Below are positions 10,685-20,079 of a stretch of 64,000 bases of DNA, in pieces (position 1 is the first letter of the stretch; every line of letters begins with the position of its first letter). Origin of the DNA: an uncultured Acidobacteriota bacterium (GTDB lineage: Bacteria; Acidobacteriota; Thermoanaerobaculia; UBA5066; Gp7-AA6); assembly GCA_963797495.1 (NCBI GenBank), contig CAWCPN010000002.1, positions 3,240,520 to 3,304,519 on the forward strand, read 5' to 3'. Made by a program: the position numbers and the translations under genes. The notes beneath the pieces are model-generated. The model made no database searches. It had not been told where the DNA came from and worked only from the letters and a program-made list of their open reading frames with translations.

Positions 10685-10761
10685 GCGTTGCCACGCGGCC
10701 GCTTGAACGGCCGCCTTGACCTTCTGCCACAGCCGGGGCGGCGTGATGCGCTTGAGCCAGC

Positions 10762-12282
10762 TCAAGGTGTCGCGTCTCTCGACGACCCCGGGGGCCCGGG
10801 AAGGGCCGACGACGGTCGCGATGCGCGGATCGCCGTCTGGACCAGGAAGGCCAGGCCCCCGAGCAGGCACAGCCCGGCGAAGATGCGAACCGGCCGGTCC
10901 TCCGGTCGAATCACTCGACCGCGCAGAATCAGAGGTTGAGGGACGGCGAAAGGTCGCACGTCCACGGGCTTCCAGTTTGGCACCTGGCCCGGGCTGCGGA
11001 AGTTCCAGTTGTGGCCCGCTGCGACGAACGCGGGCCCCCGGTCGTGGCCCGTTTCGCGGCGAATCCACGCTTCGGCTAGGCGCGCGTTGAACTCGACGTG
11101 ATTCCAGAGTGGATCACCCTGGTACGTTTCGAGGAAGACGTCCGTCGTGCCCATCGCCACCCCGCCCATCGCACCGTAGTAGAAGAGGACGCCGAGGATC
11201 GAAACCGCGAGCCCGGCGGCTGCCGAAAGCACCAGAGCGGGGCGTCCTGCGCGGCGGCCCGGCGCGTAGCTCGCGGCGAGGCTCAGCACGAGGGGAGCGA
11301 TGGCCGCGTGGAGATATCGCGGCCCCCACGTATCCTCGGCCCACAGATCGAGAAGGGAGAAGCCGCCAGCCAGTCCGGCCACGGAAAGGACGGCGAAAAC
11401 CGCGACTGGCCGGTTCCGCCGCCAGGCCGCGGGAAGGCGCACCAGCGCAACCACCGCGACCGGGGCGAAGACGAGCAGCCCCTTGTTCGGCGAACCGATG
11501 AATCCCACCAGATGCAGCAGGGGAGCCACGACGCTCCGGGCGCGGAAGCCGCGCAGGTACGCGCCGGTCCCGCCGAATCGCTCCCAGGATGCGATTCGCC
11601 AGGATGCGTTGAGCAGGTACGCGGCTGCCACCACTGCCAGGATCGCGAGCGCCCGTGCCGCGTGCGCCCGGACAGGGAGCGCCGCGCGGCCCCATCGCGC
11701 GGCGAAGCTCCAGATCAGATATCCGACGGCCGGCGCGAGCATCACGCCGTTCGACTTGGAGGCGACGGCGAAGACGCAGCAGATCGTGAAGAGCGCCACC
11801 GCCGGCCAGCGCGGTCGGCGGGAGTCGCCGAGCGCCAGGAAACCTGCGGCCAGAAGGGCCAGAGCTTGTGTGGTCTCGAGTCCGATGTACGCATAGGGCC
11901 AGAGCATCGTGGCGAACCCCGCCGTCAGCGAGAGCGCCAGGGCGAACCCTGCGCCATGCCCCAGGCGCGAGCACCAGACGAACAGCAGCGTCACGATACC
12001 GGCCGTCGCCGCGACGGGCTGGATGGACAAGGCACGGTCGCCCCAGGCGGGGCCGCCGGCGGCATCGCCGAGGAGCACGAACGGACACTCGAGCAGGACC
12101 GCCGCGGGTCCGTTGCGCCCCCAGTCGACTTCGCGCAGCGAGTGGCCGCTCCCGGCGGCCGCGCGGCAGGCGGCAACGTCGAAATGGACATAGCCCATCC
12201 CGACGGTTGAAAACGGGGACATCGAGAGATAGAGAAGAAATACGGCAAAGAACAACGCCAGAACCGGAGGGCGGCTAGACAT
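10762..12282 (-). CDS. polytopic membrane protein, possible GT-C-fold (PMT/ArnT-like) glycosyltransferase
   Basis: The ATG overlaps the upstream stop (ATGA) and GAAGGA lies just upstream. About 11 TM helices are followed by a periplasmic-type C-terminal domain (..LETYQGDPLWNHVEFN..). The family assignment is tentative. Confidence 0.6.
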   Translation of the reverse strand: MSSRPPVLALFFAVFLLYLSMSPFSTVGMGYVHFDVAACRAAAGSGHSLREVDWGRNGPAAVLLECPFVLLGDAAGGPAWGDRALSIQPVAATAGIVTLLFVWCSRLGHGAGFALALSLTAGFATMLWPYAYIGLETTQALALLAAGFLALGDSRRPRWPAVALFTICCVFAVASKSNGVMLAPAVGYLIWSFAARWGRAALPVRAHAARALAILAVVAAAYLLNASWRIASWERFGGTGAYLRGFRARSVVAPLLHLVGFIGSPNKGLLVFAPVAVVALVRLPAAWRRNRPVAVFAVLSVAGLAGGFSLLDLWAEDTWGPRYLHAAIAPLVLSLAASYAPGRRAGRPALVLSAAAGLAVSILGVLFYYGAMGGVAMGTTDVFLETYQGDPLWNHVEFNARLAEAWIRRETGHDRGPAFVAAGHNWNFRSPGQVPNWKPVDVRPFAVPQPLILRGRVIRPEDRPVRIFAGLCLLGGLAFLVQTAIRASRPSSALPGPPGSSRDATP

Positions 12283-13202
12283 CAGTCCTTCGGCCGCCGC
12301 CCGACGAGCAGCTGAAAATCGCTTGTCAGCAGTCCCGAGTCGACGAGGGCGTCCTCGGTCTCCCACACGGCTCGCAGGATCGCCTCGGCCTCCGGATCCC
12401 CCGGCGTGAAGTTGTGGGCGATGCCGTTGTAGAGCAGGTGCTGAATCGTCCCCCCGAGGAGCTTCCGGTGCGGGACCTCGAAGTACCGTTCGAAGAGCGG
12501 CCCGATCTCCGCCGACCGGATCGACTCGAAAGGGGACGCCGCCACGACCTCCTCGACGGTCGGCCGGCCCTCGTAGGGCTTCACCTCGCCCCGCCGAAGC
12601 GTCCGGAAGCGCGGCGGAATCAGGGCCATGAGGGCCTTCGTCAGCTCGATCTGCTGGTCGGTCCACTGGAACTGGGTCGGACCGACGAACTCTTCGAGGA
12701 TGAAGAGGCCGTGCGGCGTCATGGCGTCGAGGACCTGGGTCATGACGTGCTCGAGCTCGAGGAAGTGGTGGAAGCTGTGAGACGAGACGACCAGGTCGTA
12801 CCGGTTCGGTTCGAGACGGAGCCGGTTGCAGTCCTCGACGCGAAAGTGTCCGGGCGCGCCGGCCTTTTCCCGCGCCGCCTCCGCCTCCCGCACCCGGTCC
12901 GGGCTCGCGTCCATCCCCTCGACCTCGCGGGTCGAACCGATCCGGTGGAGCTGCAGGCTCAACGAACCCGAGCCGCAGCCCAGTTCCAGGCTGCGCTCCG
13001 CGGGCCCGCCGAGCTCCCGGGCGAGCCACCGCCGCCAGGGCAGGCCGTCGATCCGGCTCCGGGACTCGTAGTGGGTCTGTATCGACGGGTGGTCGATCCA
13101 GGCATGCATCTCGTGGGTGGCTTCGACAGCCAGATGATCGCCCCACTTGCGGCCCTCCGCCTGGAGACGCTCCTGATAATCGGAAGAGCTCGGATGCGTC
13201 AC
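12282..13202 (-). CDS. class I SAM-dependent methyltransferase
   Basis: GTG start overlapping the upstream TGA (GTGA), with GAGG upstream. Motif I is LELGCGSGSLSL. The remainder is a Methyltransf_11/12-like fold. Confidence 0.7.
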   Translation of the reverse strand: MTHPSSSDYQERLQAEGRKWGDHLAVEATHEMHAWIDHPSIQTHYESRSRIDGLPWRRWLARELGGPAERSLELGCGSGSLSLQLHRIGSTREVEGMDASPDRVREAEAAREKAGAPGHFRVEDCNRLRLEPNRYDLVVSSHSFHHFLELEHVMTQVLDAMTPHGLFILEEFVGPTQFQWTDQQIELTKALMALIPPRFRTLRRGEVKPYEGRPTVEEVVAASPFESIRSAEIGPLFERYFEVPHRKLLGGTIQHLLYNGIAHNFTPGDPEAEAILRAVWETEDALVDSGLLTSDFQLLVGRRPKD

Positions 13203-14566
13203 GGAACCTCGGACGGATGATACGGCCAGCCGAGCGCGCGCGCGGCGGCGAACATGACGAGGAGGATCGCGGCCGGGGCCAGCTGTGCGAGCAGCCGCGG
13301 GAGTGCCTGCGCGACGTGCAGCTCGAGGGGCCAGTTGGTCTGAAGGAAAATCGCCCACCAGGCGACCAGGGCCGCCGAAACCCCCGCGGCCAGGCATCGC
13401 TCGCGAACACAGCTCCGCCGCAGCAGGTACACGACCGCGACGGCGAGCGCGGGCCAGAGCAGGCCCCACCGTGAGACGTCGAGGGCCGACTCGACACAGA
13501 GGCGCCCGACGTGAAGGATCCGCCGCCGCGATTCGGCGAGGCTTCCCGGCGCGGTGATGCTCCGGAAGTTGGGATCGTCCACCGCGAGCCACGCGAGGTA
13601 GGCGAGTCTCGCGGCCACGAACGCGGCGACGACGGCGATGCCGCGTGCGTGCGCGACAAGCCGGCGGGCGGCCCGGTGCCGGTCGGCCAGAACCCAGGAC
13701 GCCGCGACGGCGAGGCACGCGATCGCCGCGAGGATCAACCCTTCGTTCTTCACGACGGTCAGTGCGCCGATCATCCAGGGGAGGGCGCCCGCGTCGCGGG
13801 GGCGCAGGGATGCCGCGACGGTCGCCGCGACGATCGCGGCCACGGGCATGTCGGCATAGCCGCCGGCCGCCGACCGCGTCGAGAGTCCGGGCACGACGGC
13901 GACGAGAAGGGTCGCCAGGAGCGCCGCCCGGCGGGAGAGACGCGAGGACGCGGCGGCATAAGTCGAGACGAGAAGCGCCGCGTAGAAGAGGAGGAAGATC
14001 GGCTTCAGGGCGTCGAAGTCGAAGCCGCGCCGCGACAGCGACAGGAGTCCCTCGAGCATCGGGACGAGAGGGGGATAGGTCAGGAGCCGCCGGTTGTAGA
14101 CGTCCCCGGCGTACCACTCGCGGCCCAGTCCGCCTTCGACGACGAGCCTCTGCGCCTTGCTCGCCCAGATCTGGAACCCGTCCCACCACAGGGGGTGGCG
14201 CAGATCGAGAACCGTGAAGGCGAGGACCGCGGCGGCGATCGCGGCGAGCAGGAGGATGGATCGCGGGTCCAGGGGGGCCGTCGCTCCATCGATTGCGTCA
14301 CGGTTCGGAAGCCGCGCGACGACGCGGCGGGCGGCCGCGAGGAGCAGGGCGCCGGCGAGGACGGCCGCGATCGCGACCAGCGCGTGCTTCGGCACGAGCA
14401 CGGACAGGGGGAAGAGCAGCGCCGCGCAGGCGGCGCCCCCGCCGACGAAGCGGACCGTCCATCCGAAGGGGCCGCGGGTGCCGGGAGGCATCCACAGGCC
14501 GCCGAGCGACGCGAGGGCGAGGGCGAGCAAACCGGTCCAGAGCAGTTCGTGCACCGGGACGCTCAC
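13199..14566 (-). CDS. polytopic integral membrane protein (hypothetical; candidate GT-C-like or polymerase)
   Basis: GTG start overlapping the upstream stop (GTGA). More than 10 hydrophobic helices, with loops that include a ..HPLWWDGFQIW.. motif. Confidence 0.55.
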   Translation of the reverse strand: MSVPVHELLWTGLLALALASLGGLWMPPGTRGPFGWTVRFVGGGAACAALLFPLSVLVPKHALVAIAAVLAGALLLAAARRVVARLPNRDAIDGATAPLDPRSILLLAAIAAAVLAFTVLDLRHPLWWDGFQIWASKAQRLVVEGGLGREWYAGDVYNRRLLTYPPLVPMLEGLLSLSRRGFDFDALKPIFLLFYAALLVSTYAAASSRLSRRAALLATLLVAVVPGLSTRSAAGGYADMPVAAIVAATVAASLRPRDAGALPWMIGALTVVKNEGLILAAIACLAVAASWVLADRHRAARRLVAHARGIAVVAAFVAARLAYLAWLAVDDPNFRSITAPGSLAESRRRILHVGRLCVESALDVSRWGLLWPALAVAVVYLLRRSCVRERCLAAGVSAALVAWWAIFLQTNWPLELHVAQALPRLLAQLAPAAILLVMFAAARALGWPYHPSEVP

Positions 14567-14979
14567 TCTCCGGGGATTCCGATGACGACCGGTTTCGGCC
14601 CGTCGATCCGGCGCGGGGAGCGAAGGCGGAGCTCCGGCGGAGGCGAACCGATCGTCAGCACGAGGTCCGCATCCCGCGTCTCCGGTTCGGCGACCGGCAG
14701 AAACCGCACGGAGACGGGGTTCCGGGGGTAGAGCGCCCGTTGCCAGAGACGCGCCTCCCACTCGTCGGAACGGGAGGCCACCAGGAGAATCCGAACGCCC
14801 GGCGAAACCTCCGCACGAACGCGTCGCGCCTGTTCCTCGAACCCCGGCGAAAAGACCCCGGGCCCCGGCCCCCGCCGCACGGCTTCGAGGTCCCGGGCCA
14901 TCGACGCGAAGCCGGACGCGAGCGACGCGCCGACGAAGATCAGGGTCGCGGTGAAGGCGAACGCCCGCGAACCGCTCAT
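14563..14979 (-). CDS. small exported/anchored protein (first gene of the 5-gene glycan operon)
   Basis: The N-terminal hydrophobic segment FAFTATLIFVGASLA is followed by a soluble domain of about 110 aa. The stop overlaps the next start. Confidence 0.4.
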   Translation of the reverse strand: MSGSRAFAFTATLIFVGASLASGFASMARDLEAVRRGPGPGVFSPGFEEQARRVRAEVSPGVRILLVASRSDEWEARLWQRALYPRNPVSVRFLPVAEPETRDADLVLTIGSPPPELRLRSPRRIDGPKPVVIGIPGE

Positions 14980-15022
14980 GCGCCGGCAGGATAGCTCAGG
15001 CGCGCGAGGCCGGTGTCGAGTC

Positions 15023-16216
15023 CTACTCTCCCGGCGCGGGAACGGCGCGGAAGACGAACGGGGGAGCCGGCTTGTCGTTCTGGCCCCGCGCGCGGATGAG
15101 GTCCGGCGCGACGCCGGCGGCCTCGGCCGCCTCGAGGAAGAAGGCGGTGATCCGTCGGGCGTGCTCGTCGAGGCGCTCGCCCTCGATGTTGGAGAGCATG
15201 ACGGTCACCAGGCGCGCGTGCGGCACGACGACGATGGCGCTGCGGCCGCCCACGCCCCGGCCGCCGTGCCAGACGTAACGGCGGCCGCGCGCGTCGCGTC
15301 TCGACGTACCAGCCGAGGCCGTATCCGGTCGAGGCGCCGTTGCGCGTCCTCTGCGGCGTGAACATCGCCTCCAGGGCGTCGTTGCGGAGGATCTCGCCCC
15401 GCAGCAGGGCCTCGCCGAAGCGGACGAGGTCCTCGGTCGGTCGAGACGTAGCCGCCGCCGCCCCAGAGGCAGCTCGTGTCCACCGGTCGCGCGGCGCGCA
15501 GGAGCCCGAGGAAACCGCGCTCGTAGAAGAGGCGTGCGGCCGGGCAGAAACCGCCGGGGATCGTCGGCCATGGTGGAGCTCATGCCGGCGGGGCCGGCGA
15601 CCGTCTCGTTCAGGAGCTCGGAGAACCGCTTTCCGGTGGCCGCCTCCATGGCCGCCGAGAGGAGCAGGTAGCCCTTGCGCGACATCGAATGAGCGAGTCC
15701 CGCGGGGCGGATGAAGAGCCGGCCCGAGAGCGTCCGCGCCGCGTCGCGGGCCCCGGCGCAGGGGGCGGCTGCGACCTCGTCGTCCGCGAAGTCGCTCGTC
15801 CCGGCCAGGTGCGCCGCGAGGGCGCGCGCCGTGACGGGGACGCGCGTCTCGGGAAGGTCGGGCAGGTACTTCTGCAGGGGGGCGTCGAGGTCGAATCGCC
15901 CGTCCTGGGCCAGCCGTTCCATGACGGTCGCCGTCAGCGGCATCGCCACCTCGTAGATCCGGAACTGGGTCGAGCGCGAGACCTTGCGCTGTCGGTCGAC
16001 GTCCGCGAAGCCGAACGCCGTCGACCAGACGATGTCGTCGCCGACGGCGACGGCGACCGCCGTTCCGGGATAGAGCTGGAGGACCTGGTCGAGCATCGCC
16101 CTCGACTCGTCGATCGCGCGCGCGTAGGGCGAGCTCGGGCCCGGCAGCCCGGGCGCGCCGATGCCGCGAGAAGCGGCGAGCAGCGTGGGAGCGGCGAGGC
16201 GGCGCAGCGTGCTCAT
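15023..16216 (-). pseudogene. beta-lactamase / serine hydrolase family protein, disrupted by multiple frameshifts
   Basis: Recognisable segments are spread over three frames: the N-terminus (..AIDESRAMLDQVLQLYPGTAVAVAVGDDIVWSTAFGFADVDRQ..), ..WGGGGYVS.. and ..MFTPQRTRNGASTGYGLGWYVE.., and the C-terminus ..GGRSAIVVVPHARLVTVMLSNIE... The ATG overlaps the stop of the upstream kinase (ATGA). Confidence 0.55.
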
Positions 16217-17425
16217 GCGGTTGGGGCGAGCCTCGGCCCGGCGCTCGGCGCCGTGCGACGGGAGGCGACGTCGACCGGGCGCGCGGCGGCGGTCGCCGCC
16301 ATGACCAGGGGGAACGTCAGGGAGACCTCGCAGCCGCGGCCGGGCGCGCCGCGGAAGTCGAAGTCGTGGCGGTTCGGGTACAGGAGCTCGAGCCGATCGC
16401 GCGTGTTGCGCAGGCCGACGCCGCCCTCGGTCGGGCGCGGGGCGACGCCGCTCGGACCCGGTCCGTCGTCGCGCACGAGCAGGTGCAGGCGGTCGCCGGC
16501 CTCGCGCCGCGCGTGGACCTCGATCGGCCCGGAGCCGGGTCGGGCGCCGATGCCGTGCTTGATCGCGTTCTCGACGAGCGGCTGAAGGATCAGGTTCGGG
16601 ACGAGCGCGTCGGCGATGCCGGGCTCGACGTCGAGCCGCACGGTGAGCCGGTCCTGGAAGCGCGTCTGCTGGATCTCGAGGTAAACCTTCAGCAGCTCGA
16701 GCTCCTTGCGGAGGGGAATCAGGTCGCTGCCCTCGTTCTGCAGCGAGAGCCGGAGCAGGTCCGCCAGGCGCACGACGGTGCGCGCGGCCGCCTCGCGGTC
16801 GCGGAAGACGAGCGGCAGGATGCTGTTGAGGGTGTTGAAGAGGAAGTGCGGGTGCAGCTGCATCTTCAGCGCCTCGAGCCGCGCCGAAAGCAGCCGCGTC
16901 TTGACCTGCGAGGCCCGCAGCTCGCGCTCGCGCGTCAGCCGCCCGTACGACAGCGCCCAGGTCGCCCCGACGATCGCGGCGTAGGTCACGAAAGTGGTCG
17001 GGAACAGGACCCGAAACATCTGCGGAAGGGCCGCGAACTGCGTCGCGACGACCAGCGGAAAGCCCATGAGCAGCGGATACGCGACCTGGTAGGCGGCGCA
17101 ATGGGCGATGGGGAACACGATTCCGCCGGCCGCGAGGCCGGCGATCGGGAGGGCCCAGTTCGCGCGGGTGGGCGGACAGCGCCGGGCGAGCCAGACGACG
17201 ACCGGCGTGAACACCGCCCAGATGGTCGAGGCGAGCAGGCACTGCGCCAGCGGCTTCCCAGAGTCCGAACTCCAGCCGCTGGAGCTGGAACGGGTCGCTG
17301 AAGTACCGGTCGGCGGCGCGGAAGAGACCGACGAGGGTCCAGGCGGCGAGCACCCAGCCGGCCGCCCGCCAGCGTTCGCCGCGCGGGGCCCGGGGCAGTT
17401 CCCGGAACGGGAAGGCGGCGCTCAC
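16213..17425 (-). CDS. LytS/YehU-family sensor histidine kinase (paralog 1), with one frameshift in the membrane domain near 17250
   Basis: Signature LHPHFLFNTLNSI followed by HATPase_c (..ENAIKHGI..GVGLRNTRDRLELLYP..). The N-terminal TM region reads in a second frame (VSAAFPF..FQLQRLEFGLWE) upstream of the shift. The GTG overlaps the stop of paralog 2 (GTGA). Confidence 0.7.
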
Positions 17426-18657
17426 GCGAGCGCTCCCTCCGGGCGCGCAGCCACGATCGGCTCCAGCGGCAGCGTGATCGTCACGTCGTGCCCCTTCTCG
17501 AGCCGATCGGAGATGGCGATCCGGTGGCGGTCGGGATAGAGCAGCTCCAGCCGCAGCTTCGTCTTGCGCACGAACGAGTCGTCGATGGCGGTCGCCGCCG
17601 GAACCTCCCCGGGATCGAGCGCCGACTCGTGCACCTCCAGGTGCAGGCCGGCGTCGTCCGGCCAGGCGCGGATCTCGATCGCGGCGCGGCCGGGCCGGAC
17701 CGAGATGCCGTTGGCGATCGCGCTCTCGGCCAGCGGCAGCAGGACCAGATTGGGCACCGCCGAATCCAGCGCCTCCGGGGCGATCGAAAACCGGACCTCG
17801 AGGCGGTCCTGGAGGCGTGTCTGCTCGATCTGGAGATAGAGGCGGATGTACTCGAGCTCCGTCTTCAGCGGGACGAGGCCGGTGGCGTCGTTGTGCAGGG
17901 CGAGGCGGAGAATGTCGCCGAGCTGGACCACGGTGCGCGCGGCGGCGCGCGGCTCGGTCCGGATGAGCGGCAGGATCGTGGCCAGCGTGTTGAACAGGAA
18001 CGGCGGATGGAGGCGCAGCTTCAGGGCCTCGAGCTGCGTCTGGACGAGCTCGCGCTCGAGCTCGGAGGCCTGGAGCTCCTTTTCGCGAAAGGTGCGGTAG
18101 TCGTCGATGCCCCACGTCACGCCGACGATTCCGATGTAGGTCGCCAGGCGCGCCGCGCCGCCGAAGGCGAGGGTCGCCGTGAACATGGCCATGAATCCCC
18201 CGCCGAATTCGGGGGGATCGACGGCGTACCAGAAGACGTTGGTCGCCAGCAGGTGGAAGAGCGCGGCGACCGCGCCCCCGGCGAGCAGGACCGGAACCGT
18301 CGCCAGGCGCCGGCCGCGCCGCGGGCGGAACCTCCGGGCCAGGCGCATGATCGGCGGCGTCAGCGCGGCCCAGAGGTAGGCCGTGACGAGGCTGGCGGCC
18401 AGCGATTCGCCGACCGGCAGCGCCAGCCGCGGCTGCAGGGAAGGGCCGCGGAGGTAGCGCTGCGCCGCGATGAAGAGGCCGACGACCGTCCAGACGGCGA
18501 GGACCTCCAGGGCCCGCCGCCGCTGCGGCCGGTCGGTCGCCGGGGGAGGCGACCGGACGTCGGGGGCGGCCGGAACGAAGACGGCCGTCGCGGGGCGCCC
18601 GGAGGCGTCGGAGGCCTCCCGGACGATCGCGATCCGTGCGCGCGCGGCCGCCCTCAT
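17422..18657 (-). CDS. LytS/YehU-family sensor histidine kinase (paralog 2), intact
   Basis: A 411-aa product. Four to five N-terminal TM helices are followed by LHPPFLFNTLATI (His_kinase) and HATPase_c. Confidence 0.8.
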   Translation of the reverse strand: MRAAARARIAIVREASDASGRPATAVFVPAAPDVRSPPPATDRPQRRRALEVLAVWTVVGLFIAAQRYLRGPSLQPRLALPVGESLAASLVTAYLWAALTPPIMRLARRFRPRRGRRLATVPVLLAGGAVAALFHLLATNVFWYAVDPPEFGGGFMAMFTATLAFGGAARLATYIGIVGVTWGIDDYRTFREKELQASELERELVQTQLEALKLRLHPPFLFNTLATILPLIRTEPRAAARTVVQLGDILRLALHNDATGLVPLKTELEYIRLYLQIEQTRLQDRLEVRFSIAPEALDSAVPNLVLLPLAESAIANGISVRPGRAAIEIRAWPDDAGLHLEVHESALDPGEVPAATAIDDSFVRKTKLRLELLYPDRHRIAISDRLEKGHDVTITLPLEPIVAARPEGALA

Positions 18658-18729
18658 CTCCGAGCCGCGGGCGTTCGCCTTCGGATCCGGGGCGCTCGCA
18701 TTGCCATCCCGCTCGGCCGTCGGCAGCCG

Positions 18730-19497
18730 CTAGACCGCCAGCCGGCGGAACTCCTTCAACCGCTCGCGGTACGTGCTCGAAAGGGTCAGCTTCGTGCCGT
18801 CCCTCAAAGTCACCGCGTAGTCGCCGTTGAACCAGGGGTGCATTTCCTTGATCCGCTCGATGTTGACGATCGTCGAGCGGTGGATGCGGAAGAACTTCCT
18901 GGGATCGAGCCGTGACTCGATACCCGAGGTGGTCTCGTGGAAAACGTAGACCTCCTTGCCGACGTGCAGCCGCACGTTGTTGCGGGACGACTCGATCCAG
19001 TCGACGTCGGCCACGCGGAGGAAGACGCTCCGCTCGTCCTTCTTGATCAGGAGCCACTCCGGGTAGGCGCGCTCGCGCTGGATGTCTTCGAGCAGGGCGT
19101 GGAGCGTGGCCTTCAGCTGGCGCGACGAGCTCCGGTCGATCTCTCCCCGGGCGCGCTCGACGGCGTCGTGCAGACGCTCGCCGGAAAAGGGCTTCATGAG
19201 GTAGTCGACGGCATGCGCCTCGAAGGCCTTGAGGGCGTAGCGGTCGAAGGCGGTCACGAAGATGACGGCGGGCAGGTCCTGGGGATCGCAGCTCGCCAGG
19301 ACGCCGAAGCCGTCGAGTCCGGGCATCTGCACGTCGAGGAGCACGAGCTGCGGCTTCATCTCGGTGATGGCCTTGACGGCCTCGAAGCCGTCGCCGCACT
19401 CGCCGATGATCTCGATGTCCGGCTCGTCCTGAAGGCCGTTGCGCACCCACTCGCGCGCCAGCGGCTCGTCGTCGACGATCAGGGTTCGGATTTTCAT
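18730..19497 (-). CDS. LytTR-family response regulator (REC + LytTR DNA-binding domain)
   Basis: MKIRTLIVDDEPLARE..LLDVQMPGLDG.. forms the receiver domain and the C-terminal domain is LytTR. A perfect GAGGAGG sits 6 nt upstream of the ATG. Confidence 0.9.
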   Translation of the reverse strand: MKIRTLIVDDEPLAREWVRNGLQDEPDIEIIGECGDGFEAVKAITEMKPQLVLLDVQMPGLDGFGVLASCDPQDLPAVIFVTAFDRYALKAFEAHAVDYLMKPFSGERLHDAVERARGEIDRSSSRQLKATLHALLEDIQRERAYPEWLLIKKDERSVFLRVADVDWIESSRNNVRLHVGKEVYVFHETTSGIESRLDPRKFFRIHRSTIVNIERIKEMHPWFNGDYAVTLRDGTKLTLSSTYRERLKEFRRLAV

Positions 19498-19758
19498 GCC
19501 CACCCTCCTCTTTTCTGCAACGCCGCAAGGGCTGATACGTAAAGGAACGAAAGGAGTTACATGGATATGCCGGGTCATTTCGACCCAAGTTTCCGGACGT
19601 CGGGTTCAAAAAGCGGAACATGATGCCGAACGGGTCGCGCGAGGGGCCAACTGCTGTGACGAAAGGGCGCAATCGAAGGGCGAACCGCTCGCGCGTCCGG
19701 ACCGTGCAGGGCCGAATCGCGTTTTTCGGATGGAGTGTTCGATGATCCGGACGTCGAA

Positions 19759-20079
19759 GTGAGCGGACTGCGCTTCCTCGCCGTCGCATTGCTGGCCCTC
19801 CCGATCGGGTTCGGGCCCGATTCCGGCGGCCGAAAGGCCGATCCGCCGCCCGCGACCCCGGAGGCGAACCCGGATGCCTTTGCCGCGACCGTGCGGCCGG
19901 TGCTCGCCGCCCGGTGCGCCCCCTGCCACGAACCCGGCGGAAAGATGTACGCGAAACTCCCGTTCGACCGCCCCGAAACGATCGCCGCGCACTCCGCGGG
20001 CGTCCTCCGGCGGCTGAAGGGCGCCGACCGCGAAGCCGTCGAGAAGTGGCTCGCCAGTCTGCCGCCGTCTCCGCGTTGA
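19759..20079 (+). CDS. small exported protein with PSCyt1-like (planctomycete cytochrome c) CxxCH motif
   Basis: The predicted signal peptide is MSGLRFLAVALLALPIGFG. The motif ..VRPVLAARCAPCHEPGGK..LPFDRPETI fits the PSCyt1 pattern (ILxxRCxxCHG). The stop overlaps the TTG of the next gene (TTGA). Confidence 0.45.
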   Translation: MSGLRFLAVALLALPIGFGPDSGGRKADPPPATPEANPDAFAATVRPVLAARCAPCHEPGGKMYAKLPFDRPETIAAHSAGVLRRLKGADREAVEKWLASLPPSPR

